The notes: a model not told the origin generated them from the sequence alone. A stretch of DNA of 64,000 bases from Nitrosopumilus sp. (GCA_965218785.1 OZ244650.1:672001-736000), one strand, 5' to 3'. Counted from the stretch's first letter, positions 38,342 through 48,937 are shown. A program made the numbers and translations.

Positions 38342-40108
38342 TTATATCAAATTTTTATCATGTGCGACTTTATTCTGTCCTTTGTATAGCGTGATGACTT
38401 CCTCATTTGTGGAGGCATCCTCGACTGCCTTTTCAACTCTGATCTTGCCAGTAAATTTTGGGAATCTCAAAGCAAGCCCCGCATCCTTTCTTATGGCGTC
38501 TTTTGCCGCTTTGTGAATCGGACTGAGTGTGATTTCAGAGGCCACCACCTCTATTACCAATTCCGGCTCAAACCAGACATCTGCCTCCATTTCACTGTCA
38601 ATACGCGGGTTTTTTTTGATTGTGACCTTTGGATTCAAAATCTGATACAACTGATCCAAATGTTCATCTGAGAATCCGGTTCCCACCTTGCAGATGCTGG
38701 TAAAGACATCCTCGTCCTCATCATACGTTGCAAGCAGCAGCGTTCCATAACTTCCGGTTCTTCTCCCCTTTCCAAAAAATCCGCCTATCACAACAAGATC
38801 CAAACTGTCTCCCAACTCGTTTTGATATTCACGTTTTAGTTTCAGCCAGTAACTTCCCCTCGAACCTGCCTGGTATGGCTTTTCAAGCATTTTTAGCATT
38901 ACCCCCTCACTGCCTGCATTGATACTGTTTTCCATAAAGTCCTCGATCTCACCGCTGTTTTTGATTACTGCCATTGGAATGTGTTTTGCAAAATCATCCT
39001 CCCTTACAACTTTTTCCAGCATCTCCCTTCTGTTTTTGTAGCTTGATTCCAAACAGCTTTTCCCGTTACAGTACAAAATATCAAAAAAGTTGACTGTAAT
39101 CGGATACCGTATGACTGCCTCTTCTATTTTGTATTTCCGTCTTCGATGCATTAATTCTTGAAACGGCAAAAACTCCCCGGTATTTTCGTTGATTGCAACT
39201 GCCTCTGCCTCTAGTATTACATTCTCCGCGCTGACTGCCTTGGGGATTTTTTCAATAATGTCCGGGTAGTAACTTGAAATATTCTCCAAGCTTCTGGAGA
39301 ACAACACTACTTTTTCACCCTCGATGTGAATCTGCACCCTTTCACCATCTAGTTTGTACTCTGAGGCAAATTCGGTTCCCATCTTCTCCATTGCCTCCTG
39401 CTCGCTTTTTACTCTGTCTGCAAGCATGGGTCTAATCGGATTAAACAAAATGATTTCAAATTTTTCTATCCCCTTCAGACCGTTGGTTGCTATGGTCTCT
39501 GCAACCTTGCCTAAATCACTTGACACGTTATATGCATGCTCCAGAATCTTTCTGTTATCCTTGCTTCCTGAAAATGCGATTGCCAGTGCGTCCATTACGG
39601 TATTTTCTGCAATTCCCAGTCTTAGTGAACCCAGTAAAATCTTTAGAATGTAACTTGCCTCTAATGGATTTGCATCATTTAGCAGGCTTGAGATGTATTT
39701 CATTTTCATGTCTTGTGAACGCGCACCTTCCAGCTTGGCAATCCTGAATAATGTCTCATAAACCCTTTCCACTGTTATGTCTTCTGCGAGAAAAGTAGTC
39801 TGTGTCTTTTGTTCTAGTATGATAGATGCGGCATGTCCTAAATCCCCCTCCTTTTTGTATTCCTCCTCGATTTTTTTGACTGGAATTCCAGACGATTTTG
39901 AAATTGCCCTTATTGCAAGTTTTTCTGCAACCCCTAGTTCTATCCCTTCAAAATCAGGCCTTAGTTTTCCTTGCAGAAGATAAGCAATTTTGGAGACGAC
40001 TGTATGCGGCGTGTCTTTGAAGAGCTCCACTAGAAACTGCGTCAACTCCAATCTTTTTCTAGTTGACTCCATTTTGTTAAATGATTCGGCTAAAATGGAG
40101 AATTTCAT
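38342..40108 (-). CDS. lig: ATP-dependent DNA ligase
   Basis: EYKLDGER, EGVMLK, WLKLK, LRFPKF. Confidence 0.97.
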   Translation of the reverse strand: MKFSILAESFNKMESTRKRLELTQFLVELFKDTPHTVVSKIAYLLQGKLRPDFEGIELGVAEKLAIRAISKSSGIPVKKIEEEYKKEGDLGHAASIILEQKTQTTFLAEDITVERVYETLFRIAKLEGARSQDMKMKYISSLLNDANPLEASYILKILLGSLRLGIAENTVMDALAIAFSGSKDNRKILEHAYNVSSDLGKVAETIATNGLKGIEKFEIILFNPIRPMLADRVKSEQEAMEKMGTEFASEYKLDGERVQIHIEGEKVVLFSRSLENISSYYPDIIEKIPKAVSAENVILEAEAVAINENTGEFLPFQELMHRRRKYKIEEAVIRYPITVNFFDILYCNGKSCLESSYKNRREMLEKVVREDDFAKHIPMAVIKNSGEIEDFMENSINAGSEGVMLKMLEKPYQAGSRGSYWLKLKREYQNELGDSLDLVVIGGFFGKGRRTGSYGTLLLATYDEDEDVFTSICKVGTGFSDEHLDQLYQILNPKVTIKKNPRIDSEMEADVWFEPELVIEVVASEITLSPIHKAAKDAIRKDAGLALRFPKFTGKIRVEKAVEDASTNEEVITLYKGQNKVAHDKNLI

Positions 40109-40140
40109 TCTAATCTATTTCTCTCAGGCAAAAGCTTGAA

Positions 40141-40554
40141 CTAAATGTATCTGAAAATTGTTGGTTTTTCTGATTTTGGATTCTCAGAAACGAGTGCAAA
40201 ATTGTATAACGGGTATTCCTTTTTGTACTGTTTCATAAAACTCCATGCAACGTCATGTGTTTTGAATTCAGTCCTAATCCCGTCGATCCGGCTCTTTTTT
40301 CCAAATACGTCAAAGACTATCATTGAATACTGCCTGGGACGACTGTGCGGCTTTGCCTTGACAAGCCAGATAAGCGCAAAAACAAAGACTGATCCCAAAA
40401 CCACATATTCTCCGGCAACCTTGAAAAATGCCATAATCACCCCTGGTATGGTCTGGCCAAACAGGACTGCCATAAAGTTTGAAAATGAGATAACTGCTAA
40501 TGCCGTTATAACGTAGGTCTTCCAGTCAAATATCCTTGCAAAGCCACCTGACAA
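40141..40554 (-). CDS. Membrane hypothetical protein
   Basis: Two TM segments plus a soluble tail. Confidence 0.7.
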   Translation of the reverse strand: MSGGFARIFDWKTYVITALAVISFSNFMAVLFGQTIPGVIMAFFKVAGEYVVLGSVFVFALIWLVKAKPHSRPRQYSMIVFDVFGKKSRIDGIRTEFKTHDVAWSFMKQYKKEYPLYNFALVSENPKSEKPTIFRYI

Positions 40555-40822
40555 CTATTTCTATAATCTCTTTTTTGATTTAACTTTTTCCCATGATAAA
40601 TAATAAGCACAACTATCTGATCCGGATCTTTAATTTCCTCTTTTATGGCAAACACCTGCTCTAGGCGTCTTACCTTGATGTGTGTGTGATTTTAGATTGC
40701 TGGGAAACGAATTCAGGACTGATTTTTGATGTTTCTGTTGATCATGAGCGGCGATGATTCAAGAGGGGATTGCTCTGATAAATAGTGCCGATAACTTTGG
40801 CAACATTTGATCTTTGTATTGT

Positions 40823-41968
40823 CTAATCCGGATCCTCGTAATTTTCCTTCTTTTGAGTGCCGGAGCTGCTTTCTTTCATCGGTTTCATCTTGCCATCTAG
40901 AACATCCATTCTAGCTCTGTACCCTTCAGCATACTCTAGTTCTGATGGAACAAGTGTTGCCGGGTGAATGAATCCCTGGCTTCTGATTGCCATTGCCTTT
41001 TTTGTTGCAATCTCCCGTATGTAATCCCAGTCCGGAGTTGAGAATCCGTCAAACGGACCGGTAAACCGTCCGTTATGCATGCTAAACACCAGTGACTCTA
41101 CAATTGGAATGCAAAAATTGATGGTTGCCGCAGAGTTTAGTTTTACAGGCATTAACGGCATGTTGTGACTGCCTCTTGTATTTCCTGCTACATAATGGGG
41201 ATTGTTAAATACACTGCCGACCTCCTCTGTTGCAGGAAACTTTTTTTGCGTCCTAACCAGACAAACCGGATCATCTTTTCCGACATATGTTCCTGCAATG
41301 TTGTGCAGTCTGTCCGTTGATGCTACAAGGATTGGCTCTCCGTCTTTGGTTGTCACTGAATCTACCACGTATCTTCCAGGATACATCAATGCCGCCTCTA
41401 TCGTTGGTTTATCCTGCCATAATTCAAGTTCTGCAATCCTTCCTTTTTCAACATCCATGATGTTCATCTTTACTCCCTCTGCAAGACTTTTGTTGACGAT
41501 TAATCCCGTATTACTTAGTGCGTCTACGAACATTCTATAAATCGGATAGTTAAACGCACCCGGCTCTGTCTTGTCTGCTGCAAATACAGTAAACGCCTCG
41601 TTTGCCCTCTCTTCAAACTCCATTTCGGCAACTCCCGGACCCATGCCTTTTACATTTCCTGAAAAGGAATCTTTTAGCAGGTCCTGTCCTGCACCATACA
41701 GCCCCTCCTCTTTTGCGACCTGGGTTCCTGCCATGAATGCATCCCATGTCATTTTGTGAATCTGCTGGTTGTCTACCCCGTGTGTATGTGACATTACAAT
41801 GTGGGTGTCATCCCCACAATAGCCAATGTAATAATCGATTAACAAATCCGAGGAATTTTTAACGGTATTTTTAATTGCATCTAGCAGTCTATCACTTGGT
41901 TTTGTGTGGCCCCCAATTCCTCCCACGTCTGCTTTGATGACTGAAACTGTGATCTTCATAATTCTCAT
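40823..41968 (-). CDS. fbp: Bifunctional fructose-1,6-bisphosphate aldolase/phosphatase
   Basis: IKADVGG, GDD, LYGAGQDLL, DKTEPGAFN, YVGKDDP, RGSH. Confidence 0.96.
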   Translation of the reverse strand: MRIMKITVSVIKADVGGIGGHTKPSDRLLDAIKNTVKNSSDLLIDYYIGYCGDDTHIVMSHTHGVDNQQIHKMTWDAFMAGTQVAKEEGLYGAGQDLLKDSFSGNVKGMGPGVAEMEFEERANEAFTVFAADKTEPGAFNYPIYRMFVDALSNTGLIVNKSLAEGVKMNIMDVEKGRIAELELWQDKPTIEAALMYPGRYVVDSVTTKDGEPILVASTDRLHNIAGTYVGKDDPVCLVRTQKKFPATEEVGSVFNNPHYVAGNTRGSHNMPLMPVKLNSAATINFCIPIVESLVFSMHNGRFTGPFDGFSTPDWDYIREIATKKAMAIRSQGFIHPATLVPSELEYAEGYRARMDVLDGKMKPMKESSSGTQKKENYEDPD

Positions 41969-42102
41969 TTTTACTCCTTTGATTTATGTGCTTTTAGGAA
42001 AACACTTGACTGCAATTAATTGAAATTAACTGGTTTTTTTTCAAAAATTCAACAGAGTCAAAATTCATAACAGTAATAAATGACCTCAAATAGGCACTTG
42101 TT

Positions 42103-43401
42103 ATGGCAACTAAACCCCATCTGAACATGATTGTTACAGGTCACATTGATAATGGGAAATCGACTACTATGGGTCATTTCTTGATGGATCTAGGCGTTGT
42201 AGATGAAAGAACCATCGCAGCACATGCAGTTGAATCTGAAAAGACCGGAAAAGGTGATACTTTCAAGTATGCGTGGGTTATGGACAACATTAAGGATGAA
42301 AGAGAAAGAGGCATTACAATAGATCTAGCTTTTCAAAAATTCGAATCTGCAAAGTATTTCTTTACTTTGATTGATGCTCCCGGTCACAGGGACTTTATTA
42401 AAAACATGATTACCGGCGCTTCTGAGGCAGATGCGGCCATCTTGGTGCTTTCAGCAAAAGAAGGCGAGACTGATACTGCAATTGCAGCAGGAGGACAAGC
42501 AAGGGAGCACGCATTCTTGCTAAAAACACTCGGTGTAAGCCAACTAATCGTTGCAATCAATAAAATGGATGACAGCAACTATTCTGAAGATGCATTCAAG
42601 GCAGCCAAAGCAAAAGGTGAAAAACTGGTACAATCCGTAGGCTACAAGCTAGATAAAGTGCCTTTCATTCCAATCTCCGGATGGAAAGGCGATAACCTGG
42701 TTAAAAAATCCGAAAACATGTCATGGTACGCTGGTAAAACACTTCTTGAAGCATTTGATGACTTTATAGTGGCAGAAAAACCAATAGGCAAACCACTACG
42801 TGTTCCAATTCAAGACGTCTACACCATTACAGGTGTGGGTACTGTTCCTGTAGGCAGAGTTGAGACGGGAGTCATGAAAGCAGGTGACAAAATCGTCGTC
42901 ATGCCTTCTGGCGCTCCTGGTGAAATCAAATCTATTGAGACTCACCACACGGAAATGCCATCTGCAGAGGCAGGTGATAACATTGGTTTTAACTTGAGAG
43001 GTGTTGAAAAGAAGGATATCAAAAGAGGTGACGTACTTGGAACTCCTGACGCACCACCAAATGTTGCAAAAGAGTTCAAGGCACAAATTATAGTTATTCA
43101 CCATCCGACGGCAATTGCACCTGGCTACACGCCAGTCATGCACGCACATACTGCGCAAGTTGCAGCGACTGTTACAGAGTTTCTCCAAAAGATAAATCCT
43201 GCAACCGGTGCAGTTGAGGAAGAGAATCCAAAGTTCCTCAAAGTTGGTGATTCTGCAATTGTAAAGATCAGACCGGTGAGACCCACATGCATCGAAACCT
43301 TCAAAGATTTTCCTGAAATGGGTAGATTCGCTCTAAGAGACATGGGCGCAACTATCGCAGCAGGTATCGTTAAGGAAATTACCGAAGAATACAAGCCATA
43401 G
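42103..43401 (+). CDS. tuf: Elongation factor 1-alpha
   Basis: GHIDNGKST, ERERGITI, DAPGHRDF, NKMD. Confidence 0.98.
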   Translation: MATKPHLNMIVTGHIDNGKSTTMGHFLMDLGVVDERTIAAHAVESEKTGKGDTFKYAWVMDNIKDERERGITIDLAFQKFESAKYFFTLIDAPGHRDFIKNMITGASEADAAILVLSAKEGETDTAIAAGGQAREHAFLLKTLGVSQLIVAINKMDDSNYSEDAFKAAKAKGEKLVQSVGYKLDKVPFIPISGWKGDNLVKKSENMSWYAGKTLLEAFDDFIVAEKPIGKPLRVPIQDVYTITGVGTVPVGRVETGVMKAGDKIVVMPSGAPGEIKSIETHHTEMPSAEAGDNIGFNLRGVEKKDIKRGDVLGTPDAPPNVAKEFKAQIIVIHHPTAIAPGYTPVMHAHTAQVAATVTEFLQKINPATGAVEEENPKFLKVGDSAIVKIRPVRPTCIETFKDFPEMGRFALRDMGATIAAGIVKEITEEYKP

Positions 43402-43411
43402 GCGGATTTTA

Positions 43412-43720
43412 ATGACGCAGACAGCCCGTGTTAAACTGACTTCAACTAGTTTGGAAAAGTTACGGAGTGTTTGCGGGGAAATCATGGGTATTGGCAAAAA
43501 AACCGGTGTTAAAGTAAAAGGTCCCACCCCTCTTCCTGTAAAGAGACTGCATGTTGCAACTAGAAAGTCCCCCTGTGGCAGCGGTACTGAAACCTATGAA
43601 AAATGGGAGATGAAGATGCATCGAAGAATCATAAACATTAATGCCGATGACAAGGCCATAAGACAGTTAATGAGATTAAAAATCCCAGATGACGTCTATA
43701 TTGAATTGTCCCTGACATAA
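43412..43720 (+). CDS. rpsJ: 30S ribosomal protein S10
   Basis: GPTPLP, RKSPCGSG, EMKMHRR; follows tuf. Confidence 0.97.
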   Translation: MTQTARVKLTSTSLEKLRSVCGEIMGIGKKTGVKVKGPTPLPVKRLHVATRKSPCGSGTETYEKWEMKMHRRIININADDKAIRQLMRLKIPDDVYIELSLT

Positions 43721-43757
43721 TTGGAATCCTTAAATTATAGAAATTTTGATGATAAAC

Positions 43758-43952
43758 ATGGCTGAAGAAAACCTTGATGAAATAGAAGAAACCCCTGCAG
43801 AGACATTTGATGTAAATCATTCCTGTCTTAGATGTGGGACAGTCGTCTCCAATATTGAATTATCCCGCCTGCCTGAAATCAAGTGCATCTGCGGATTCAG
43901 GGTATTTACTAAAGTAAGACCCCCTGTTGTAAAAACAGTAAACGCGATATAA
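43758..43952 (+). CDS. rpoP: RNA polymerase subunit P (Rpo12)
   Basis: CLRCG...KCICGFRVFTKVRP. Confidence 0.85.
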   Translation: MAEENLDEIEETPAETFDVNHSCLRCGTVVSNIELSRLPEIKCICGFRVFTKVRPPVVKTVNAI

Positions 43953-44150
43953 TCATCTGTCTTTTTTGTAACTGTGTTCTCTTTGCAGGTGTGTTCTCAT
44001 ATCCTCCATGTTTGGGAAATACATGTTGCATTCCCTGCAGTCGTACTGTAGATCCTTGCCATGAATGATTTGTTTGTGATTCATCATCTCTTCTTCTTTT
44101 GAAAATTTTTTCCCACAAACATCACATGTAATTTTTTTAAAAAATCCCAC
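43953..44150 (-). CDS. Two-finger C2H2 zinc-finger protein
   Basis: CDVC..F.....M.HKQIIH and CREC..F......HLQREH. Confidence 0.85.
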   Translation of the reverse strand: MGFFKKITCDVCGKKFSKEEEMMNHKQIIHGKDLQYDCRECNMYFPNMEDMRTHLQREHSYKKDR

Positions 44151-44152
44151 TT

Positions 44153-44563
44153 TTATCCAAACTCTGTTTTTTTCTCATCCCAGCACTTTCTACACAGCTG
44201 GCCCTCAATATTCCATTTCCCCTTTGGATTATACCTGATCAGCCCCATCTTTCCGCCGCACAGCGAACAAAAGTTCTTTCTTTTGCCATGATCTTCTTCT
44301 TTTTTATCAAAGCATGCCTTGCACAACAAACCTTCCATGTCCCACTGCCATCGCGGCTCCCACAAATCTGTGATCTTTTGGGTCGTTTTGCATTCTACAC
44401 ATGGCTGCCTTACCTTTCCCTCATAGTATTCCTTTGATTTATCAAAATGACAATCACCGCAAAGTGAACCCTTGAGGTTCCATTCCTTTTTTGGTTTGTG
44501 TTTGTGGGTTAGTTCCTTATTACAAACAGCACAGTATGTCGGTTTTTTACTAAACAGTCCCAT
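44153..44563 (-). CDS. Triple zinc-finger (6 x CxxC) protein
   Basis: Three internal repeats CxxC...P...W...G.LCxxC. Confidence 0.85.
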   Translation of the reverse strand: MGLFSKKPTYCAVCNKELTHKHKPKKEWNLKGSLCGDCHFDKSKEYYEGKVRQPCVECKTTQKITDLWEPRWQWDMEGLLCKACFDKKEEDHGKRKNFCSLCGGKMGLIRYNPKGKWNIEGQLCRKCWDEKKTEFG

Positions 44564-44832
44564 GTCTATGATATTTTAAATAATTTCATCTATTAAATGT
44601 AATAAAAAATAAAAGATGCCAAATTAGAGCGATTCTTCCCCTGTATCCTGGATTGTAATACCATCTGGATTTAGCTAATTACTGATGAGATGTGTGATTT
44701 TTGAGCAATGTCTACAAAATTGATTCCAGATATATCACATTTCAAAAGCGCATGATATCTAATGATAATATTAGCTGATCTCATGACTATCATAACTTGC
44801 GTTAGATCAGATCATAAAAATAATAAAATTTT

Positions 44833-44955
44833 TTATCTGCCTAGAATTTTCTCAAGGGCCTGACTTGCATTAGTCATGCCATTTCTCTTGGCAAATTTCT
44901 CGATCATTTTGTATTGTTTTTCAGTAAAACAAACCGGCATTGAACGTCTTTCCAT
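44833..44955 (-). CDS. 40-aa ribbon-helix-helix (CopG-like) protein (not in ORF track)
   Basis: MERRSMPVCFTEKQYKMIEKFAKRNGMTNASQALEKILGR. Confidence 0.7.
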   Translation of the reverse strand: MERRSMPVCFTEKQYKMIEKFAKRNGMTNASQALEKILGR

Positions 44956-44997
44956 GAATATGGTCAGATATTTTACCTAATATCTTTTTCTCTTGGA

Positions 44998-45187
44998 GGT
45001 TTTGTTGTAAATTGGCGGTATAGGCATGAATGTGAATCTTCTCAAAAATCAAAAATCCTGTCTATTGGAAATTAACTTGCAGTATCTTGAATCAGATTCT
45101 GTAGCATTATAGAAATCTAAAATTTGAATCTGGAGAAGATTTGTATTTCATGTCTCTTGCCCCCGTATCTGATAATTTTACAAACCC
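44998..45187. mobile_element. Degenerate MITE of the same IS6-like family
   Basis: Ends GGTTTTGTTGTAAATT / GGGTTTGTAAAATT; shared subterminal GAAAT...ATCTTCTCCAGATT motif in inverted orientation. Confidence 0.65.
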
Positions 45188-45290
45188 TCTAAAGCGGCAT
45201 GTTGTAATGCTACGTCGGAATCTGTAAAAGTTGTTACAGAGAAAACAGTCAAAATGACAAGCAAAATAGCAGGATAACTCGAATCATGAT

Positions 45291-45998
45291 TTATTGGGAT
45301 TCATTAATCACAATATCCATAGATATACTCGTGTCACGGTGGTTATCATATACTGTGTTGTTTTTTATTGTGTATTTTGAGTGTTCTCCCAACACTGAAC
45401 TATAAAATGGTATGAACTGTTCTACGCGAGTAATGTCATCCACTGCATAAAAAGTATAATCATAAACCGGCACGGCAGATATATGCACGATTATTTCTTC
45501 ACCTATCTCATATTGAGCATTTTCTGGCAATGTGAGATAAACCTTGTTTGGATCATACAATGACGCAGTTGCATTTTTAAAAGCATATACAAAATCACCA
45601 TTATCATCTAATGTATAATACCACACATGACTAACAACTGTAAAAATTTTGCAATTCCAAGTGCCTTTGTAAATTTCATCTACAGATAGGATGACTGGAA
45701 ATGCAGCATTACCATGATGTGCGTTCCCCCTGGGAATCCAGTGTAATGGTTCTCCAACAGAAAGTACGGTGCCACGAATTGTATATAATACCGCATCTGC
45801 AATGTCTGACACAGACGTAGTCCTCCAAGAAGCACCGCCACCGCCGCCTCCAACATCGAGATTTTTTCTTGCATCATAATTGTAAATGAAATCCTGCGAT
45901 TCTACATCTGAACATCCATCAGGAGCATATGTAAAAACGAACGCGCCAACCGCCGCCATACCAACAATGGCAGAAATAATGTAATACTGTTTGTTCAT
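45291..45998 (-). CDS. Membrane-anchored/secreted hypothetical protein
   Basis: N-terminal TM segment, G6 linker, I.GTV..V motif. Confidence 0.7.
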   Translation of the reverse strand: MNKQYYIISAIVGMAAVGAFVFTYAPDGCSDVESQDFIYNYDARKNLDVGGGGGGASWRTTSVSDIADAVLYTIRGTVLSVGEPLHWIPRGNAHHGNAAFPVILSVDEIYKGTWNCKIFTVVSHVWYYTLDDNGDFVYAFKNATASLYDPNKVYLTLPENAQYEIGEEIIVHISAVPVYDYTFYAVDDITRVEQFIPFYSSVLGEHSKYTIKNNTVYDNHRDTSISMDIVINESQ

Positions 45999-46277
45999 GA
46001 AAAAAGGGATTTTTTATTACTAATAAAGAATGATAAAGACACATTGTAAGGAGAGGGGGGGGGGGAGAGATCTTACTAGTCACAATATCCAATGTTTTCG
46101 ATCAACCCACACTCTAAATATAATTCAGCATCAATTCTGACAACTGCCAAATTTAGAAATTAAGATTTTACGGGATGAGATTGCCAAACCTATTACAGAG
46201 AACAAGAAAAATGTCTCCACACAAAAAGATTTATTGCGAATAAAAGAAGAACAAAAACTTGAAAACACGAAATTACA

Positions 46278-46516
46278 TCATCTTGCATGGATTGTTCCTG
46301 TCGTCTTGAACCGTGCCCACAGCCTTCGTACGTGTCTGGCAGTGATGCCAAGATTCTTTGCTATCTGTGTGGGTGTTATTCCGTTTTTGCACCATCTGAT
46401 TAGATACTGTATGACTTTTCTGTCGGTCTTTTTTTCATGTTTTTTTGTGATCGAAGCATCTAAAATAATCCATTACTGTCCTCGGATCCGGGGAGGATTA
46501 CTTTTCGTACCATAGA
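46278..46516 (-). mobile_element. IS481-like left end with truncated transposase HTH
   Basis: Minus frame ITKKHEKKTDRKVIQYLIRWCKNGITPTQIAKNLGITARHVRRLWARFKTTG; end TCTATGGTACGAAAAGT resembles the end at 52500; family assignment tentative. Confidence 0.65.
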
Positions 46517-46629
46517 CTAAGGTTACCTGTAGCAAGACACGAAAGCTTGTTTAATTTAGCATGGATTTGATCATAAAATGATTCATAACGTAAGAACGAA
46601 TTTTTGTGTCTTCCTAGTGTAATCTTTTA

Positions 46630-46935
46630 TTATTCAAATGAAAGGCGATTTCCAATGCTTATGATAAACCACCATACATACCAGGCGATCACAAATGGGT
46701 ATGCTTTGGAAGATTTCCAAAACCATATTCCTCCCATAATTCCAAAAACTGCAAAAGGTACTATAATTAAAAGCGCATCAATTCCATTGTATTTTTCTCC
46801 AAAAAAACGTGCTTCTGCACTAATCATAATAAACACAAATACAAATGTTGCCCACACCGTTTGTATAAGCGATGCTGTCTTTCTGACTAAATACAAAAAG
46901 AATGAAAAGGTTAGAACAGCCATCCCTCTTCTCAT
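46630..46935 (-). CDS. Small membrane protein
   Basis: 101 aa with 3-4 hydrophobic segments. Confidence 0.55.
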   Translation of the reverse strand: MRRGMAVLTFSFFLYLVRKTASLIQTVWATFVFVFIMISAEARFFGEKYNGIDALLIIVPFAVFGIMGGIWFWKSSKAYPFVIAWYVWWFIISIGNRLSFE

Positions 46936-47132
46936 CCTCTGGTATCAGCATTAAAATAGATATTGAAGTTATAACCGGCATTTTGTTTGTATAAATCATT
47001 AGAACTACCTAACATTACTTCATACAAGTAACGGTATTATTTTTCAGAATAAACCCAATCTAACAGTTATAATATTATGATAAATTATCCTTTTTAGAAA
47101 GATATTTCAAACCATTTTTTTTAATATTCTCT

Positions 47133-47645
47133 GTGGCAAGAAAACGACAAATCCTGGTAATTGGAAATAACACAAATGGCTGTACTCCAAAACATGAAAA
47201 AATAGCTTATGATATTGGATATGAAATTGCAAAATCCGGCTCTGTTTTGATTAATGGCGGTTTGGGTGGCGTGATGGAGGCCGCATCACATGGCGCACAT
47301 GATGCCAAAGGTTTGACCATCGGAATAATCCCCCAAGATGACTCTTCTTTTGCAAATGAATTCTGTGATGTTGTAATACCCACCGGCATGGGTCTTACCC
47401 GTGACTATCTTAATGCACTGAGTGCCGATGGAGTCATTATTGTTGGCGGTGGTTCTGGAACTTTGTCTGAAGCATGTGCATCATACATGTACAAAAAACC
47501 CATGGTTGCAATCAAAAACCTGGGAGGCTCGGCTGATTCATACATCGACGGATACATTGATCACAGAAAAAACATCAAAATAATAGGTGTTGATACTGCC
47601 AAACAGGCAGTAAGGAAAATCTTGGAATTAATTAGTGCGCGTTAA
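47133..47645 (+). CDS. SLOG/LOG-like protein (TIGR00725 type)
   Basis: GGLGGVMEA, TIGIIP, TGMG..R, GGGSGTLSE. Confidence 0.88.
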   Translation: MARKRQILVIGNNTNGCTPKHEKIAYDIGYEIAKSGSVLINGGLGGVMEAASHGAHDAKGLTIGIIPQDDSSFANEFCDVVIPTGMGLTRDYLNALSADGVIIVGGGSGTLSEACASYMYKKPMVAIKNLGGSADSYIDGYIDHRKNIKIIGVDTAKQAVRKILELISAR

Positions 47646-47769
47646 TTTCTTGCATCTTTTTGTAAAATACCGCCTTGTCTGATGTTATTGCACCGATCGT
47701 AGATGGGAGATCTGATGACTGCCTGTACTAAATAACAATTCTTTTGCTAGTTTTGTTGATTATGATGTT

Positions 47770-47800
47770 ATGATGAATCTGCCTTGTGCTGAACTGATTA
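47770..47800 (+). ncRNA. Candidate C/D box guide RNA (partial)
   Basis: ATGATGA, 12-nt guide ATCTGCCTTGTG, CTGA; guide complementary to 16S at 59645-59655; second half unresolved. Confidence 0.3.
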
Positions 47801-48937
47801 TTGCATGGAAATTAGCAGCGGATCCGGCCTGTAAAACTCGCCGTGTTTGTCTGCAAGTTTGTTTAATTCATCAGTAATTCTCTTTATTCCGATTTCTTTT
47901 GCAGTTTCAAATAACGGTTTTTTAAGACCCAGCCCCAGCCGTGCTGCTTTTTCAATCTCTTCGATGTCACTTGCCCCATTTGTGACAAGCCATGCGGCAT
48001 TGTTTAAAATATTTGCAACCAGTTGAATCGGATCATATTTTGCCGCCAGTTCTTCTGAAAGTGCTACACGCTCGTATTTCTCATCAGAATACTTGTAGTA
48101 TCCCTCTCCTGATTTTTGTCCCAGCCTTTTCTCATCAAACATCTTGCCAACTAGCGGATGAGGATTGATGACCTTGCCGTCTCGCAGATGCATCTCCACG
48201 GTTGCTTTGTGAATCACATCCATACCCGTAAAATCTGCCAGCTCAAAAATGCCCATTGGAAACCCCAGCTTGAATTTAACAGCAGAATCAATTTCCTCTA
48301 GTGTTGCGCCTGTCCTGTCTTTTACAAAACATGCCTCATGAACCATTGGAATAAACAGCCTGTTGATTATGAATCCCGGAACGTCTTTTCTGCACAGTAC
48401 TGCCTGCTTGTTGACTGATTTTACGTATTCCAGTGTCAAATCAGTTATCTCCTGTGCTGTTTTTTCTCCCGGAATCACCTCGACTAGTTTCATGAGTTGT
48501 GGAGGATTGAAAAAATGAATTCCTATGAATTTTTCAGGACGCGATGTAGTGTTTGCTATTTCGGTGATTGGTAACGTGCTGGTATTTGATGCAAAGATTA
48601 CCTGCGGTCCTGCAACCTCGTCTAACTCTGCATATACCTTCTTTTTTAGATCCATTATCTCCGGCACTACCTCGATGACCATCTCTGCATCCCTTACTGC
48701 CTCATTCAAATCCACAACGGGTCTGATTCTTGAAAATATTGCGTCTCCTTCTGATGCTGTGATCTTTTCCTTGGTGACTAGTTTGTCCAGACTCCATTTT
48801 ATTTTCCCCATGGCCTTATCTAGGAATCCCTGTTCAATATCCCGCAATACCACGTTGTATCCTGCAGTTGCTGAAACCTGGGCAATGCCGTGACCCATGA
48901 CGCCAGAACCTAAAACCGTGATATTTTTTATCATCAC
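47798..48937 (-). CDS. hbd: 3-hydroxybutyryl-CoA dehydrogenase (3HP/4HB cycle candidate)
   Basis: GSGVMGHG, VPE...K, SNTST, HFFNP, PGFIINR, PMG. Confidence 0.92.
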   Translation of the reverse strand: MMIKNITVLGSGVMGHGIAQVSATAGYNVVLRDIEQGFLDKAMGKIKWSLDKLVTKEKITASEGDAIFSRIRPVVDLNEAVRDAEMVIEVVPEIMDLKKKVYAELDEVAGPQVIFASNTSTLPITEIANTTSRPEKFIGIHFFNPPQLMKLVEVIPGEKTAQEITDLTLEYVKSVNKQAVLCRKDVPGFIINRLFIPMVHEACFVKDRTGATLEEIDSAVKFKLGFPMGIFELADFTGMDVIHKATVEMHLRDGKVINPHPLVGKMFDEKRLGQKSGEGYYKYSDEKYERVALSEELAAKYDPIQLVANILNNAAWLVTNGASDIEEIEKAARLGLGLKKPLFETAKEIGIKRITDELNKLADKHGEFYRPDPLLISMQ

